A DNA stretch of 64,000 bases, from positions 186,001-250,000 of the forward strand of contig JAIVFI010000021.1 of the NCBI GenBank assembly GCA_025558095.1, in the 5' to 3' direction. The stretch comes from Hyaloraphidium curvatum SAG 235-1 (lineage: Eukaryota; Fungi; Monoblepharomycota). A program made the translations under genes and the position numbers. The notes under the pieces were generated by a model. It saw nothing but the letters and a program-made list of their open reading frames with translations. It did no database searches and was not told the DNA's origin. This document shows positions 35,451-47,068 of this stretch, one piece after another (within the stretch, counting starts at the first letter, position 1; each line of letters opens with the position of its first letter).

Positions 35451-36588
35451 CGTTGGGCGGCCCGGACGGCGCCGGGGGCCGTGAGCTGCTCGAACAGGGT
35501 CGGGATCCGGAAGCAAAGCTGACAATGAAAGCTACCGACCGGATGGCATGGGCGAGGAACACTGAGCTATCTCAAGGTCGTCAGACAGTAATGCGAGGAT
35601 CGGGTATCCAGCGATGCGGTGTTCGTTGCTCTGTTGAGCCATCGTGGAGCGGGAGTGGCGGGAACCACCCAATACGAAGACTCATAAGGGGAAAAGAAGT
35701 TTCCAAGGAGTTTCGGGGGGCCTTGGCGCCATATTCGTTGATGGAATGAGGTCACAATGCAGGTCCGAAACATGAGACCGTGTCTCCAGACCGTGGTAAG
35801 ACCTGGCGTCGGAGACGACGTTGTGGGTTCACGAGCCCGAATCCCGGCGCCGCCGAGCACGCGGCGGCCACAGCGAGACAGCCTTGCCGCGGCGCTGTTG
35901 GAAGCAAGCGAGGCAAAGCGAGAGCTTCGGCCGCCCGATGGCATTCGCACACGGTTCCGGGAATCGCGCGGTGGCGGGGTCCAGACTCTGGGGATTCCAT
36001 GCCGAGGGCAGGCGGCGAGGGACGATAGCGATCGGATGGAGCCAACGATACGGCAGCTGGGTATCCGAAGAAGACCGATAGAAGTCCGCCGGCTCCGGCG
36101 TCCCGGGATGCGCTAGCAGTGGCCGCTCTGTCGGAGCGGCGGTGCCCCGATTCACCCCCGCGGCCCGAACCCGAAAACAGTTTGGGTCTTGCCCACACCT
36201 GGAGGTCGTCAGGGCTCTACATCGCGTGGCACGTTGGGCTGCGGGCACAGCCGTGTGCTGCCGCCCGGGAGGAAAGCAAAAGGGATGGCGATGTGATCGG
36301 GTCATGGTTGATTGCCAGTTTCATCGGCGTTTCATCGGCGCCCGTAGCAGCATGCGGCCGGAACTGAATAGGATTCGACCGCAGAACTAGCTGCTGATTT
36401 GATTTCGACCCCGAATCCCCTTTGCCTTGGCTTTGGTCGCCGTCTACTGCCGCTCCTGGCGGCCGGATCGCAGCCCGCGATCTCTCGGTGCATGTGCGCG
36501 AGTCCAGACCCAGGCTCCCCGACCGCAACCCACCGAGGGGTGCGTTCAGGTCTGTTGCACTGCCGTCACTCGGACTACTCTGCCGGCG

Positions 36589-38702
36589 ATGATGGCCGCC
36601 GCGGCGTTCGAGGCGGCTTTTGTGGCCGCGCTGGCGCCGGTGCGCCGGCTGCTCCGCGCGGACGAGTTCGCTGCCGCCCGCGGCTCCCCGCCGGGGCCGG
36701 AAAGCTCGCCCTTCCACCCCATATACAACTCGCCACCCGTCGTGGCTGCCGCTCGATGGCTGGGTGCCCTCGCGCTCAAGGCACCGGAGACGGAGGCGCT
36801 CGAGGCCCTGTTTGACGAGGCTGTCCGGGACGGCCTTGCGGCACCCGCCGCGGGACACACCGAGGACGCGCTGGCGCTGCAGCTCGCCGTCGTGTTCGCG
36901 CTCGTCTTTGTGGAGTCCACCACAGCCCGGCCCGGTGCGTCCCGTAACCTGTTGGCGGTGCTGGTGGCCCTGTGGCGGCGCGACCGGGTGCCTGGCGAGG
37001 CCCGGACGCCGCCACAGCAGCTGGAGACCGTGGACGACCTCCTGCTTTGGCTGCTTTGGCTCGACTTGTTTTGGGTCGGCATCGGATTCCTGCTGTGAGT
37101 GTACTGCGCAGGCGTCTCTGACTTCACGGGACATACAATGAGTTTAACGTCTCCGCATCCAGCGCTCTCGCTTCGCAGACGAGGACGGAGCCGATGCTGG
37201 ACCCGGCCGTTGAGTTCCCTACGGTACCGGTCGGATGCCACCATCGCGACCTGCCCAGGCGTGGGGTGCGCCGGCAGGACGGCCCGATTCCGCAGAGCAC
37301 CCTGGACCTCATCCTGCCCTTTACCTGCGCCGACGTCTTTCGCTGGACTGACGCCTTCGACGAGCCCGCAACCTCGGAAATGCTGCGCCGCATGGTCGGC
37401 AGCCTGCCCCGCGCAGGCTTCGCGCATTTTGAGATGCTCCTCCACGTCGCCAGCCTCGAAAACGTGCGCCTCGCAGCATGGTGCGCGGAGGAGGCGGGTA
37501 TGTCGGCGCTAGACGTGCTGGCCGCCGGATGCGCCGCACGCGGAGCCCCGGGGCAAGGGAGGGGGCTGGCCGGCCGCGCCGTGCAGAGAATGTGGCGCTT
37601 CCACGGGGCCATGGCCAGACTAGCGGCGGAAGTGCCCCCTCCCGTGACGGCGGCGTTCGCGGCTGGAGATGCCGCGGCATTGCGGGCCATTTTGGGGGAC
37701 GGCCGCGGGCCCGAGAAGGCTATATCCTTCCTCACGTACCTGGAAATGCAACGGATGCTCGGCGTGGCGCCTGAGCCGTTTGTGGGCCTCGGCACGGACA
37801 ACGTCGGGGCATCTGACGGACCGGAAGACGACATTTCCTCCGTGGGGAGTGGCTACAACGACTTGGACCTGAACGGTGGCGCCCACCAGGACCTCAAGTT
37901 GGAGGTCTGGTTCGCGTCTGCCCTGAGCAGGACAGCAGCACGTGCCGCCGACTCCATCTGCACGGGGATCCGCTCCTTCCTGCGCGGGCAAACCCCGGAG
38001 ATGGTCGGTAAAAACCTGTACACGATCATCTTCTGCATCGCCGCGACCCACGCCGCGTGGATACGCCTCCTCGAGCTGCGGCACATCTGGCGGCATGGCC
38101 GGCGGCTGTACTTCTCCCTCACGGATCGCAGCTCGAAGCTGCTCGCCGACGTTTCGCTGTGCATCACTCTCCTCCGAGTCTCGGAAATCCCGCACTGCGC
38201 CGGCACTGCGGACATGATCACCGCTTTCCTAGATGGCGAACGGACCGCACTGTCGCGCACGGATCTGCTCGGCCTGCGCATGGCCCGGACGGTGGAGGGG
38301 CGTTGCACCCATGGTGGGGACGCTGCGGATGGCGGGGTCTGCTGGCAGTGTGCGACCGACACCCCCGGTCCTGGACCGCAGAGCTTTGGGGGGGAAGTGT
38401 TTCCGGAGGACACGCTGGCGAACGGCGCCGCGCCGGACTCGTGGTCGTTTGGGAGCTTCGACGGCATCACCTTGGCGGAGGAGAGCTTTCCGGCGGGCTC
38501 GGGTTCGGACCGGGGAACGCTCGCTGAAGGTAGTTCTTGGTTCACCGCGAATGTCGACTTGGTTGAGGCCTCGGGCGGAGGGAACGACGGTGGGCAGGCG
38601 AGAACCAGCAGCATGGAGGCCGTCCTTCGGCCCAGTGTGAAAGAGCTCCCAGACCTCAGGATGTATTGGCCCGTGAGGCACAGCTTGGGAGCCCGTGTTT
38701 AG
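36589..38702 (+). CDS. Family A copy A2 (diverged; keeps CTHG..CWQC and terminal LPDLRMYWP but lacks the RAVTF motif)
   Basis: Exon 1 AAAFEAAFVAALAPVRRLL..., intron 37095-37162 at the conserved position, exon 2 open to 38702. Confidence 0.8.
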
Positions 38703-38865
38703 GCCGCCGCCACGCATTCCTTGTCAGCAGCCGCAAAGAGCACAAATAAATGCTTCGGCGGCGCCCAGCTGGAACGCCCCAAGATCCGGGTCTCGGCTCC
38801 GCGCAACTACCACAGCTCCCACGAGGCAACGCATCTCATCTTTGCCTCAACGGAGAGGTTTAGAG

Positions 38866-39213
38866 CTATTCCATGTTGGCCTTGAGCATCGAGGTCCCAT
38901 CGACCTCGTAGTCGTCCGAGCCGCAGTCCGAATCCGAATCGTCACCGGCGCTGCGTGCCAGGTAAGCAATTGAGCACGGCCTGCACGGCGCGCCGCGGGC
39001 CACGCCGTGCGCGCATGTAGCGAAGCCGTGTCCGCAGCGGTGCGGTTCGGGGAACAGCCCTGCGAGAGGCGTGCGGGCGGCGTCTGCACCATTGCGGATG
39101 CGCGGGGGAAGCGTCTTCGCGGCGAGGGTGAGCAAGTTCACGTCGGCCGCCTGCGAGGGGCCACCAATGGGGAGCGACATAATCGCCGCGAGGGCGGCGG
39201 CGCGAGAGGCAAC
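38866..39213 (-). pseudogene. Family C copy C1 body, decapitated by an inversion
   Basis: AAALAAIMSLP..TLPPRIRNGADAARTPLAGLFP..CAHGVARGAPCRPCS..DDSDSD matches C2 (57470-57994); its start codon is now at 34449. Confidence 0.78.
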
Positions 39214-40618
39214 TCGGGCACCTCGGTCGCGCAGGCCCAGCACCCGCCCTCGGCCGCGTCCCCGTGCGGGCACACCCTCGTCACTATGCGGGCCATGCGC
39301 AGGCCGAGGAGGTCCGTGCGGGAAATGGCTGTCCGCTCCCCATCGAGGAAGGCCGCGATCGTGTCGGCCGTGGCAGCGCAGTGCGGCATCCCCGAGGCGC
39401 GAAGCACCGCGACGCACGCAGAAACATCGTCCAGCAGGGATGCGCAGCGCTCGAGTTTGGCGCTCGATTGGGCGCCGCGGCGGCACGCGTGCCGGAGTTC
39501 GAGCAGGCGGATCCATGAGCCGTGCGTCGCGGCGATGCAGAAGATGATGGTGTACACACTCCTCTTGATCTGATCCGGGGTTGAGCTGCGCAGGAAAGTG
39601 CGTATCCCCGTGCAAACGGCGTCCGCGGCTCGCGCGGCCGTCGCGTAGTTAGTCGAGGAGAACCAAACGCTCAGCTGCAGCGAGTTGGATATGCTCTCGA
39701 CCGTATCCAGGTCGCTTTGGGTGTTCGTCACCAGGGCGCTGCTCATCATTGACGATCCATCGTCCTCGGAATGCCTCTCGGGTTGGAAGTATTCGGACTC
39801 GACCTCCTCTGCGAGGTCCACGAAAGGTTCGGGCGAGACGCTGAGCATCCTCACCAGATGCACGTTCGTGAGGAACCCCAGCGCCTCGTGCAGCCCAAAT
39901 TCCTCCCCGAACATCACCCGCAGTCCCGCCAGGTCCCCGGCAAGGAACGGAGTGGCGACCCTGCGCGGCACCGCCGCCTCGTGCCCCGCCATGGCCTCCT
40001 TCAGGGTCCAGGAGGGGTTCTGTCCTTGTTGGCGAGGCGAGGATGCTGCGTGACGGGGGGGGTCCGGGTCAGGGAGAGAGCCGCGGCTGCGATGCACATC
40101 GCTGTACGTACAGCATGAACTGATGCCGATCCAGAACAGATCGAGCCACAACAGCCAGACCAGGAGGTCGTCCACAGTTTCGAGCCGCGGCGGGGCCACG
40201 CCCGCCTCGCCGGGCACCCGGACCCTGCGCCAGAGGCTCACCAGGACGCCCAGCAGGTTCCGCGAGGCGCCCGGCCGGGCCATCGTAGCCTCGACAAAGA
40301 CAAGGGCGGGCACAACAGCGAGTTGTAGCGCCAGGGCATCCTCGGTGTGGCCGGCGGCGGGGCGGGAAAGTCCGCGCCGGATTTCGTCGTCGAACAGCTC
40401 CTCGAGCACCTCGGTCTCGGGCGCCCCGAGCGCCCTGGCGCCCAGCTATCGCGCCGCCGCGACGACGGGCGCCGAGTTGTGTATCCTGTGGAAGGGTGAG
40501 CTTTCCGGCCCCTGCGGCGAGGCGCGCGCGGCCGCGAACTCCTCGGCGCGATAAGCCTGCTCAACGGAGCCAACGACGCCACAAAGGCAGCTTCGAAGCC
40601 GGCGGCGGTCGTGCTCAT
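39214..40618 (-). pseudogene. Family A copy A3 (frameshift, nonsense codon, internal deletion, tail moved by inversion)
   Basis: 1-nt frameshift ~40550; TGG>TAG at 40446-40448; ~390-bp deletion at ~40004 relative to A6; homology stops at ATEVP/39214. Confidence 0.82.
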
Positions 40619-41628
40619 CGCGAGATCGCTCTGGACGACGAGGACACTCTCCAATCGGGTGGTTTGGTCTGGCCGTGCGGCACTTCTGACTCGAGCCGGT
40701 CGGCAATCCCCGATTCGTCAGGAACTCTGCCGCTCGCGCATCGCCATGCAAAAGAATCCAACGGCATCGAATGGTTTTCGTTTGATTCCATTTCGAACTC
40801 GGAACGGCGGTGCGCGGTAGTCCGCCATTGCAACGGGCTGGGAGGGAGTAAAGCGCATGGCAAAAGCAAGACCCGCCCGGCCGACTCCTAGGTCTTCCTC
40901 TCCAGGGCGAGCATAGCCCGCGTTGCGACCGGCATGCGCCGGATAATCAGAATGAGCACCGGTGCCTTTTTGATCTTGTTTCATGCTTTAAGCTTTATAA
41001 TCGGCGGTGGGGTAATTGACGGAAGAACCACCGGAAGACACGGAAACCATTCGGCTATTGCCCCGTGCGGAGCAAATCGTGTTCGGCTATCCCGGGTCGC
41101 CCGCGGCGGCTGTGTTTGGGAAAGACATTCTCTACAGCTCTCTCGCGGCTCCTTGGCATGCAACCTGACTGTTCCGGAATCCGACCGCCTGGTCGGCGGC
41201 GAGGCGCGTGCCCGATGCGGGCGGCTTTCAACTCCTTTCCGGCCATTTTTTGAGTCGGTGGTGGTTTCAATGTCTGACGGATCTAATGCGGGTGAACGTC
41301 TACAATACATTAGGCCGCATCGGTGGTGGTTTCTGTACCCATGCGGCCGCACCGACAATCGTTTCCGATCGACAAGGCTCGCCGGACACCGGAATGCACG
41401 TCATTCGGAGGCCTTTGAAAAGGACAAAGAAGGACGTCGGGTGCGGGTCGCCCCCTCTAGTCAAGGGCCCTCAAACCGGCTGAGAAAACCGGAGGAAAGT
41501 CACGGCTGCACCGGGTCGAACCGCTGTGGAATTTGCTCCTGGCCCGCATCCATACGCATCCATCACCGTCCGAGGTTCGCCGCCGGGCAGCAGACCCGCT
41601 CCACCATCGGCGTGCTCGCCCCGCGGTC

Positions 41629-43737
41629 CTACGCCCCCTCCCCGTCCCCGTCCTCGTCCGCCGCCTCCCCCGCCATCAGCACCACCTCCCTCCCCATCTC
41701 CACCTCCCGCCCCGCCGCCAGCCCCTCCAGCGCCTCCGCGGCCTCGGCGGCCCCCGGCCACCCGCTGGCCCTCAGCACCCCGATGCACGCCGCGAACTCC
41801 TCCTCCGGCCCGCCGGCCCCCCTGCGCAGGAGCAGCGCGTGGAACGCCGCGGCGTGCGAGGCGGCGGAGCACACCGAGGGGAGCTGCAGGTCGCGCGCGT
41901 GCTCCGCGCGGGAGAACCGGGAGAGCAGCGCGCGCATGGTCGCCGAGACGCGGAGCGCGCGGTCGGTGGCGGCGGAAAAGGCGGGGAGGGCGGACCACGC
42001 GGCGAGGACGGCCGGGGGGGCGTGGAGGGCGAGCTGGTCCGGGGGGCCGGGGGAGTTGAGCAGCATCCCCGCGAGGCGCACGGAGGCGAGGTGCGCGAGG
42101 AGGCGGTGCTTTTGCATGGAGTCGAACGAGGCGGGGAGGGGGCAGGCGAGGGGGTCCGGGGCGAGGAGGGGGGCGGAGAGCGCGGATTCGTGGGCGGCGA
42201 GGGCACCGCGGAGGAAGAGCAGGCGTGAGACGGCGGCGGGGAGGTGCGGGTGCGAGAGCAGGCGGGCCGCGTCGGCCTCGGAGATGCCCGCGGCGCGGAG
42301 CGGCAACGGCACCGAAGAAGCGGTGGCGCCCAGCGAGAGCAGGTGCTCGCCCACGAGCACATCCAGCGGGCTCAGGGACGCCGACTCGGAGGCCCACTTC
42401 CAGAAGGCGTGGACCTGCGAGAGGAGGTAGCACGCCAGGCTGGGCATGAAGGTCGTGCGGCTGCGGTCCAGGTCCGCGACGCATCGCGCGAGCACGGCGG
42501 TACGGGCCCCGGGAGGGAAAGACGGGCCGTCCTTGGGGTCCATCCAGACAAAGAATTCGCGCGCGCGGAAGGGCGGCGCCTGCGCCAGCAGTTCCGCCAT
42601 CGGCGGGTCCCCCGCGCGCGGTGACGGCATCACCGAGTGGAACGCCTCGTCCGTGGCCGGCAGCGGCACGTCCGGAAAGTGCAGCACGTCGAACGACGGC
42701 GGTGTTTCGGAGCCCGCGGCCAGCGTGAGCTCGAAGGTCGCGGCGACCCAGAACAGGCGCACCCAGTGCTCGCGCCGGAGCCAGTCCTGCGGGGTGAGGT
42801 TGAATGCACCGCCGCCGCGCCCGCCGCCCTCGATTCCCGTGTGCTCCCACATGCGCGCCACGTGCGCCAGCGTGTGCCTTGCGGTGACCACCTGGCCCAT
42901 GGGCCAGAAGGCGAGGATGGCGCAGACGGTGAGAGAGAGCATCAGCGCGAGGTTCTCTGGCGTCCGCAGGCGCTCGCCCGTGACTGCACCGGTGGACACG
43001 ATGGCGTCGGCGGCCTCGGCCCAGAAGCGCCCGAGGCCCTCGGCGATGCGGCGCTGCACCCGCCGCTGCAGCGCCCGCACTGTGCCGTTCAGGTCGTGCG
43101 CGTGGCTGTAGCTGCCCACGAAGGTGCCGGGGTAGATGCCCGCCCGGACCAGTCTGGCGCCGATCCAGCACAGGGCGTCCATGAGCAGCGGGTCTGCGTG
43201 CGTGCGGGCGAACCAGCCGTCCGCGGGCGCCGAGCCGGGGCCGGACCCGCGCAGGAAGAAGGCACGGAAGGCCGGTGGGTGGAATGGGGCGGCCGAATGG
43301 CGGGGCACCAGGTCGGAGAAGGCGCGCACGAAGAGGAGGCGGGCGTCAGCGGTGAGCCGCGGGTCGTCTGCGGCGGGCGGCAGCGGGCGCGGCGGCGCCG
43401 GGACGAGCGGGAGCGGCTGCGCGGGGAGCCCGAGCTTGGCGGCGAGGTCGGCGGCGAGCGCGGCGTCGAAGTGCAGCCCGAAGAGCGCGGCGTCGGCGTC
43501 GCCGTCGGAGCTCCACGCGGGCGGCGTGCCGGGCGAGTCCGAGAGGCGGCCGCGCAGCAGCGGCGGCCCCGCCGCGACCCGCCGCGCGAGCGACGCCTCC
43601 GCCGCGCCCGCCGCACCCCCGCCGGCCGCCTCCCGCGCCACGCGCGCCCCGCACCGGCCGCAGCCCGGCGTGCCCACCGCGACGGCCGCCCAGCACAGCG
43701 AGCACACCTCCGGCGGCCGCCCCGTCGCCGCGGGCAT
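41629..43737 (-). CDS. Fungal transcription factor-like protein (MHR/Fungal_trans-like domain) with N-terminal CxxC..CxxC; distant full-length relative of family A
   Basis: WLRREHWVRLFWVAATFELTLAAGSETPPSFD..FPDVPLP (MHR-like); CSLC..CGRC near the N-terminus; C-terminal ACIGVLRASGWP matches family A ACVAVLRASGMP. Confidence 0.7.
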   Translation of the reverse strand: MPAATGRPPEVCSLCWAAVAVGTPGCGRCGARVAREAAGGGAAGAAEASLARRVAAGPPLLRGRLSDSPGTPPAWSSDGDADAALFGLHFDAALAADLAAKLGLPAQPLPLVPAPPRPLPPAADDPRLTADARLLFVRAFSDLVPRHSAAPFHPPAFRAFFLRGSGPGSAPADGWFARTHADPLLMDALCWIGARLVRAGIYPGTFVGSYSHAHDLNGTVRALQRRVQRRIAEGLGRFWAEAADAIVSTGAVTGERLRTPENLALMLSLTVCAILAFWPMGQVVTARHTLAHVARMWEHTGIEGGGRGGGAFNLTPQDWLRREHWVRLFWVAATFELTLAAGSETPPSFDVLHFPDVPLPATDEAFHSVMPSPRAGDPPMAELLAQAPPFRAREFFVWMDPKDGPSFPPGARTAVLARCVADLDRSRTTFMPSLACYLLSQVHAFWKWASESASLSPLDVLVGEHLLSLGATASSVPLPLRAAGISEADAARLLSHPHLPAAVSRLLFLRGALAAHESALSAPLLAPDPLACPLPASFDSMQKHRLLAHLASVRLAGMLLNSPGPPDQLALHAPPAVLAAWSALPAFSAATDRALRVSATMRALLSRFSRAEHARDLQLPSVCSAASHAAAFHALLLRRGAGGPEEEFAACIGVLRASGWPGAAEAAEALEGLAAGREVEMGREVVLMAGEAADEDGDGEGA

Positions 43738-43954
43738 CGGGTGGCGGTCGAGTTCTTCTGCGCGCGGCGAGAACAGAGAGTGCCCGCCGCACTTGCCACT
43801 CCGCCACCTCGATGCCCCCACTCTGCAGCGTAGGCCATTCATCGTGGCCAGCTCCGACAAATCGGATCGGCAAGCCTGTGCCGCGTCGGTTGCATCCGAC
43901 AGGCGGGCGCTCACCGACGTGTCTCCCGAAGGCTCTTGGATGGGTCGTCTCGTT

Positions 43955-44320
43955 GACGCGGGCCATCGTGGTCTCGACGTACACCAGTGCGAGCACGACG
44001 GCGAGTTGCAGCGCCAGGGCGTCCTCGGTGTGGCCGTTGGCGGGGAGCGAGAGGCCGCGGCGGACTTCCTCGTCGAACGCCGTTTCGAGTGCCGCCGCCT
44101 CGGGCGCCCCGAGCGCGAGGGCACCCAGCCACCGCGCTGCCGCGAGAACGGGCGCAGAGGTGTAGATTCTGAGGAAAGGAGAGCTTTCCGGCCCGTGCGG
44201 CGAGGCGCGCGCAGTGAAGAGCGCCTCGGGCGGGAGGAGCCGGCGCACCGGTGCCAGCGCAAGCGCGAATGCGTCTTCAAAGGCAGCTTCGGCCTCGGTG
44301 GATGTCGCTCTGTCGGGCAT
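43955..44320 (-). pseudogene. Family A copy A4, 5' fragment only
   Basis: MPDRATSTEAEAAFEDAFALALAPVRRLL...YVETTMAR matches A5; homology ends ~43955. Confidence 0.8.
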
Positions 44321-44964
44321 AGCTCAAGATGGTGGCAGGGAGTGTAGTGCAACTTCCGCCCCTGGGTCCGGGCGCTCAATCACCTTGCAATTTCGGCTGT
44401 TCGGGATCGGTTCGGGGCCCAAACGAAAACGAAACCACCGCCCCGGAGATCGCCGGCTGGTGCGCGGCTTGCTTGCAAACAGGATGCCCAAGGAAATCGT
44501 AAATCACTGCTCGACCAGGCATTACTGATCGCGGTGCCTTGGTATGCGACTGCGCGAGATACGGAAATTTGCGCCTTGTCCCCTAGCCGCCCGCAACACG
44601 GCGGGCACGTGCCGGCGCAAGGCGCCGGGCGGCCGCGAGCGGTATCCGTGTGCAACATCTTTCCGGTTATCGCGCGTGGGTCCAACTGGGAACTGGCAGG
44701 TCTGGGGGCTGTTGGAGCGGGGTTTCACTGCTATGGGCCTGGACCGCGGGCCGGCCGCCCCCGGACACCGACCAGACGAGTTAGGCGGCCTTGTCTAGCA
44801 CGCGAAACATGGCATCGCCATCACAGGGGTCAAAGGCAAAGTGATCCCATGCTTCTCGCGTGCCTCGTACCGACCCAGCTGCGGCCTGCGCGGCCTTCCA
44901 CGCCAGAAACGTAGGCCGCTCGCTCCTGCAGCCGGACTCGCCTCTGCGCCGCGGCGACAGCTCA

Positions 44965-45507
44965 AGGTCGTCGACACATACCGATGCACCAGTGCCCCTC
45001 GCCTGCCCTTACCCGTCGCCGCTGTCGCCGCCCCGGACCTCCCTGCCCGCACCCTCTGTGCCCGCGCACGACCTGGCCCAGTTCCCGCCACCGCGCCTCG
45101 CCGCGCACCTTGCCTCACCCATGTTCCCGCCGCTGGCGCCGTTGATGCCCTTGATGCCACCAGCCGATGCCCCCGTCTCTGCCCCGTCGGCTCCAGCGCT
45201 CTGCCGGCCGCCGCACCCGACCCGCCCCGGCGACGCCTCGACTATTGCCCCGAAGGTGCTCGCCAACGCAGCCTCTCGCCTCTTTTCGCTGCGACCGGCG
45301 AAGCTATCCCCCGCACAGCGCAAGCAGTGCGTTGCGCACATCCTCAAGAGGCGCTCGCGCAACACGGCCGCCGCGCGCCGCGGCCGGGATCGGCGGAGAG
45401 CTCACGAGGAGGAGCTCAAACTCAGGGTCGCGGAGCTCGAGGCCGAGAACAGCGAGCTGAGGGTGCGCGCAGACCTGCTGGCTGCGATGGTGGCCGCCTC
45501 ACCATGA
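44965..45507 (+). CDS. Family B copy B1: bZIP transcription factor lacking exon 1 (possibly starts at ATG 45121, or is a pseudogene)
   Basis: KRRSRNTAAARRGRDRRRAHEEELKLRVAELEAENSELRVRADLL; the ~760 bp carrying exon 1 in B2 (53305-54070) is absent here. Confidence 0.72.
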   Translation, partial: RSSTHTDAPVPLACPYPSPLSPPRTSLPAPSVPAHDLAQFPPPRLAAHLASPMFPPLAPLMPLMPPADAPVSAPSAPALCRPPHPTRPGDASTIAPKVLANAASRLFSLRPAKLSPAQRKQCVAHILKRRSRNTAAARRGRDRRRAHEEELKLRVAELEAENSELRVRADLLAAMVAASP

Positions 45508-45986
45508 CTGACCGTCCGGGAGCCCCGGGCGGAGGTACAATCCGGAGGCGGGGAGGACCACCAAAGATCTTCTTGGTCGCCTTAGTCCATGTGTTCCGCA
45601 ATATGGCAAAGTGTTCAGTGGTGGCCACCCTCACCATTCGAACAACCCGGGGGCTTCGGTGCGGTGCGGAAGAGCGGATTGAACTACTTGCTCACCCGAT
45701 GCCTTTCACGGCGTCGCTTGCTCATATCTGGTGAGCAACACCATATGGTCAGGCACTTCCTAGCTTGCCACTCTGACGACGACCCAGAAGATTGTCCATC
45801 TACTGTAAGCTCTCCCTCGGATCCGTGTCCTGGCGCGGGAGCTCCGCACATTCGCATACACACGGTGAATCGTATGTTCCCGAGCCCTTAAACGTTGTAG
45901 CTCCAATATTCCAGGAAGTCCACCGCCGTGTCCGCGGTAGGGCCCAAGCGGCCGTTGTGTTTAGTTGTTTGGGCGCGCTGTTCGCG

Positions 45987-47068
45987 ATGTGGACGCGTTC
46001 GTTGCGACGACCCGCGGTGCACCGCAGTGCCCGTGGCCTGACCGTATGGATCGCACCGTTGACGGGCACTCGCCAGCCCGCTGGGAACGCGGTGCCGCTG
46101 CCGCTCCCCGCGAACGCTGTGGTCGGTGACGTGTCCCGCGGGGCCCGCCGCGCGCTGGCGCCCAGCAGCTTGGACGCCGTGCCGCCCTCGCGCGTCTTGG
46201 TACTCGGCATGCCGGGTGGGCGGCCGTTGGATCCGGCGTCGCCGGTGGACGGGCTGGCAGAAGCGCCGACCGGTCCCGGCACCTCGTCCTCGAACCCGCT
46301 GTTCGTGGCGCCGGCCGCCAAGACGTTCATTGTGCCGATGGACTACGAGGAGGCCGGAGCTGCCGTTCCGGGCCGCTTCCGTACCTGCACCGTGGCGTCG
46401 GACGCCGAGCTGCGCGCCGTGCTGGCTACCTTCAAGTCGTCAGGCCTCGACTTGCTTGACCCCGACGGATCCGGCGGCGTCAGGTTCGCCTGCACCTACG
46501 ATCAGCTCGTTGATGGGGCGACCTACCTCCCGGCGTCACCCTTCGCGCGAGCCCTCGCGGCGCAAGACAGGTGGACCCAACTAGAGGACAAGGCAATGGA
46601 GGACGAGACTAGGAAGCGCATGATCGGTGCACTTGTGGACGAGCTGGGGGATACGGTTGAGCTGCCCCGGGAGGTCAAGGGCCTCGATGGCGGCGTCCGT
46701 CAGGAATGGGAAGGAATTTTCTTCTCTCCGAGCCGCAACACTCTCTTTCTCCTTGAGGCAAAGCACGCGGTCGATGCGGTCAGTCGTGGCCCGCTCGCGG
46801 AACTTTTGCGCGTTTGCCAACTAATCCATGGTCGCAGGCAAAGATCGACAAGATCGCTTCTCGCGTCCTCGAGTACCAGAACATCATCCGGCATTCTCGC
46901 CACGGCGGCAGGTCCCCATATGATCCCTCGTTGCGCTTGGTAGTGGTTGTTGCCGGGACCTTCTTCCCGCAGGCGGCACAGGACTACGCTCGCGGCCGCG
47001 GGATGGTGCCCATGGTGCCGACGGGCAGCAGGTACGGTTTGGTGGACTCCCTGGACGGCGGGCCTTAG
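45987..47068 (+). CDS. Crinkler (CRN)-like protein: ubiquitin-like header + PD-(D/E)XK restriction-endonuclease-like C-terminal domain
   Basis: TVW...AVVGDV..L.AV.PSRVLV...LDP..PV...GTSSSNPLFV header pattern; E..T...QEWEGIF...LFLLEAKH nuclease-like motif; intron 46779-46837. Confidence 0.65.

Noticed and set aside
40650-41600. Lower-GC stretch and ORF 40934-42430
   Set aside because: The ORF is mostly antisense to the TF gene; the rest looks like the A3 promoter region with no recognisable B/C partner or RNA gene
41629-44379. 916-aa ORF as an A4::TF fusion protein
   Set aside because: The A4 coding frame differs from the TF frame; the upstream extension is an off-frame read of the A4 fragment, and the real start is probably 43737
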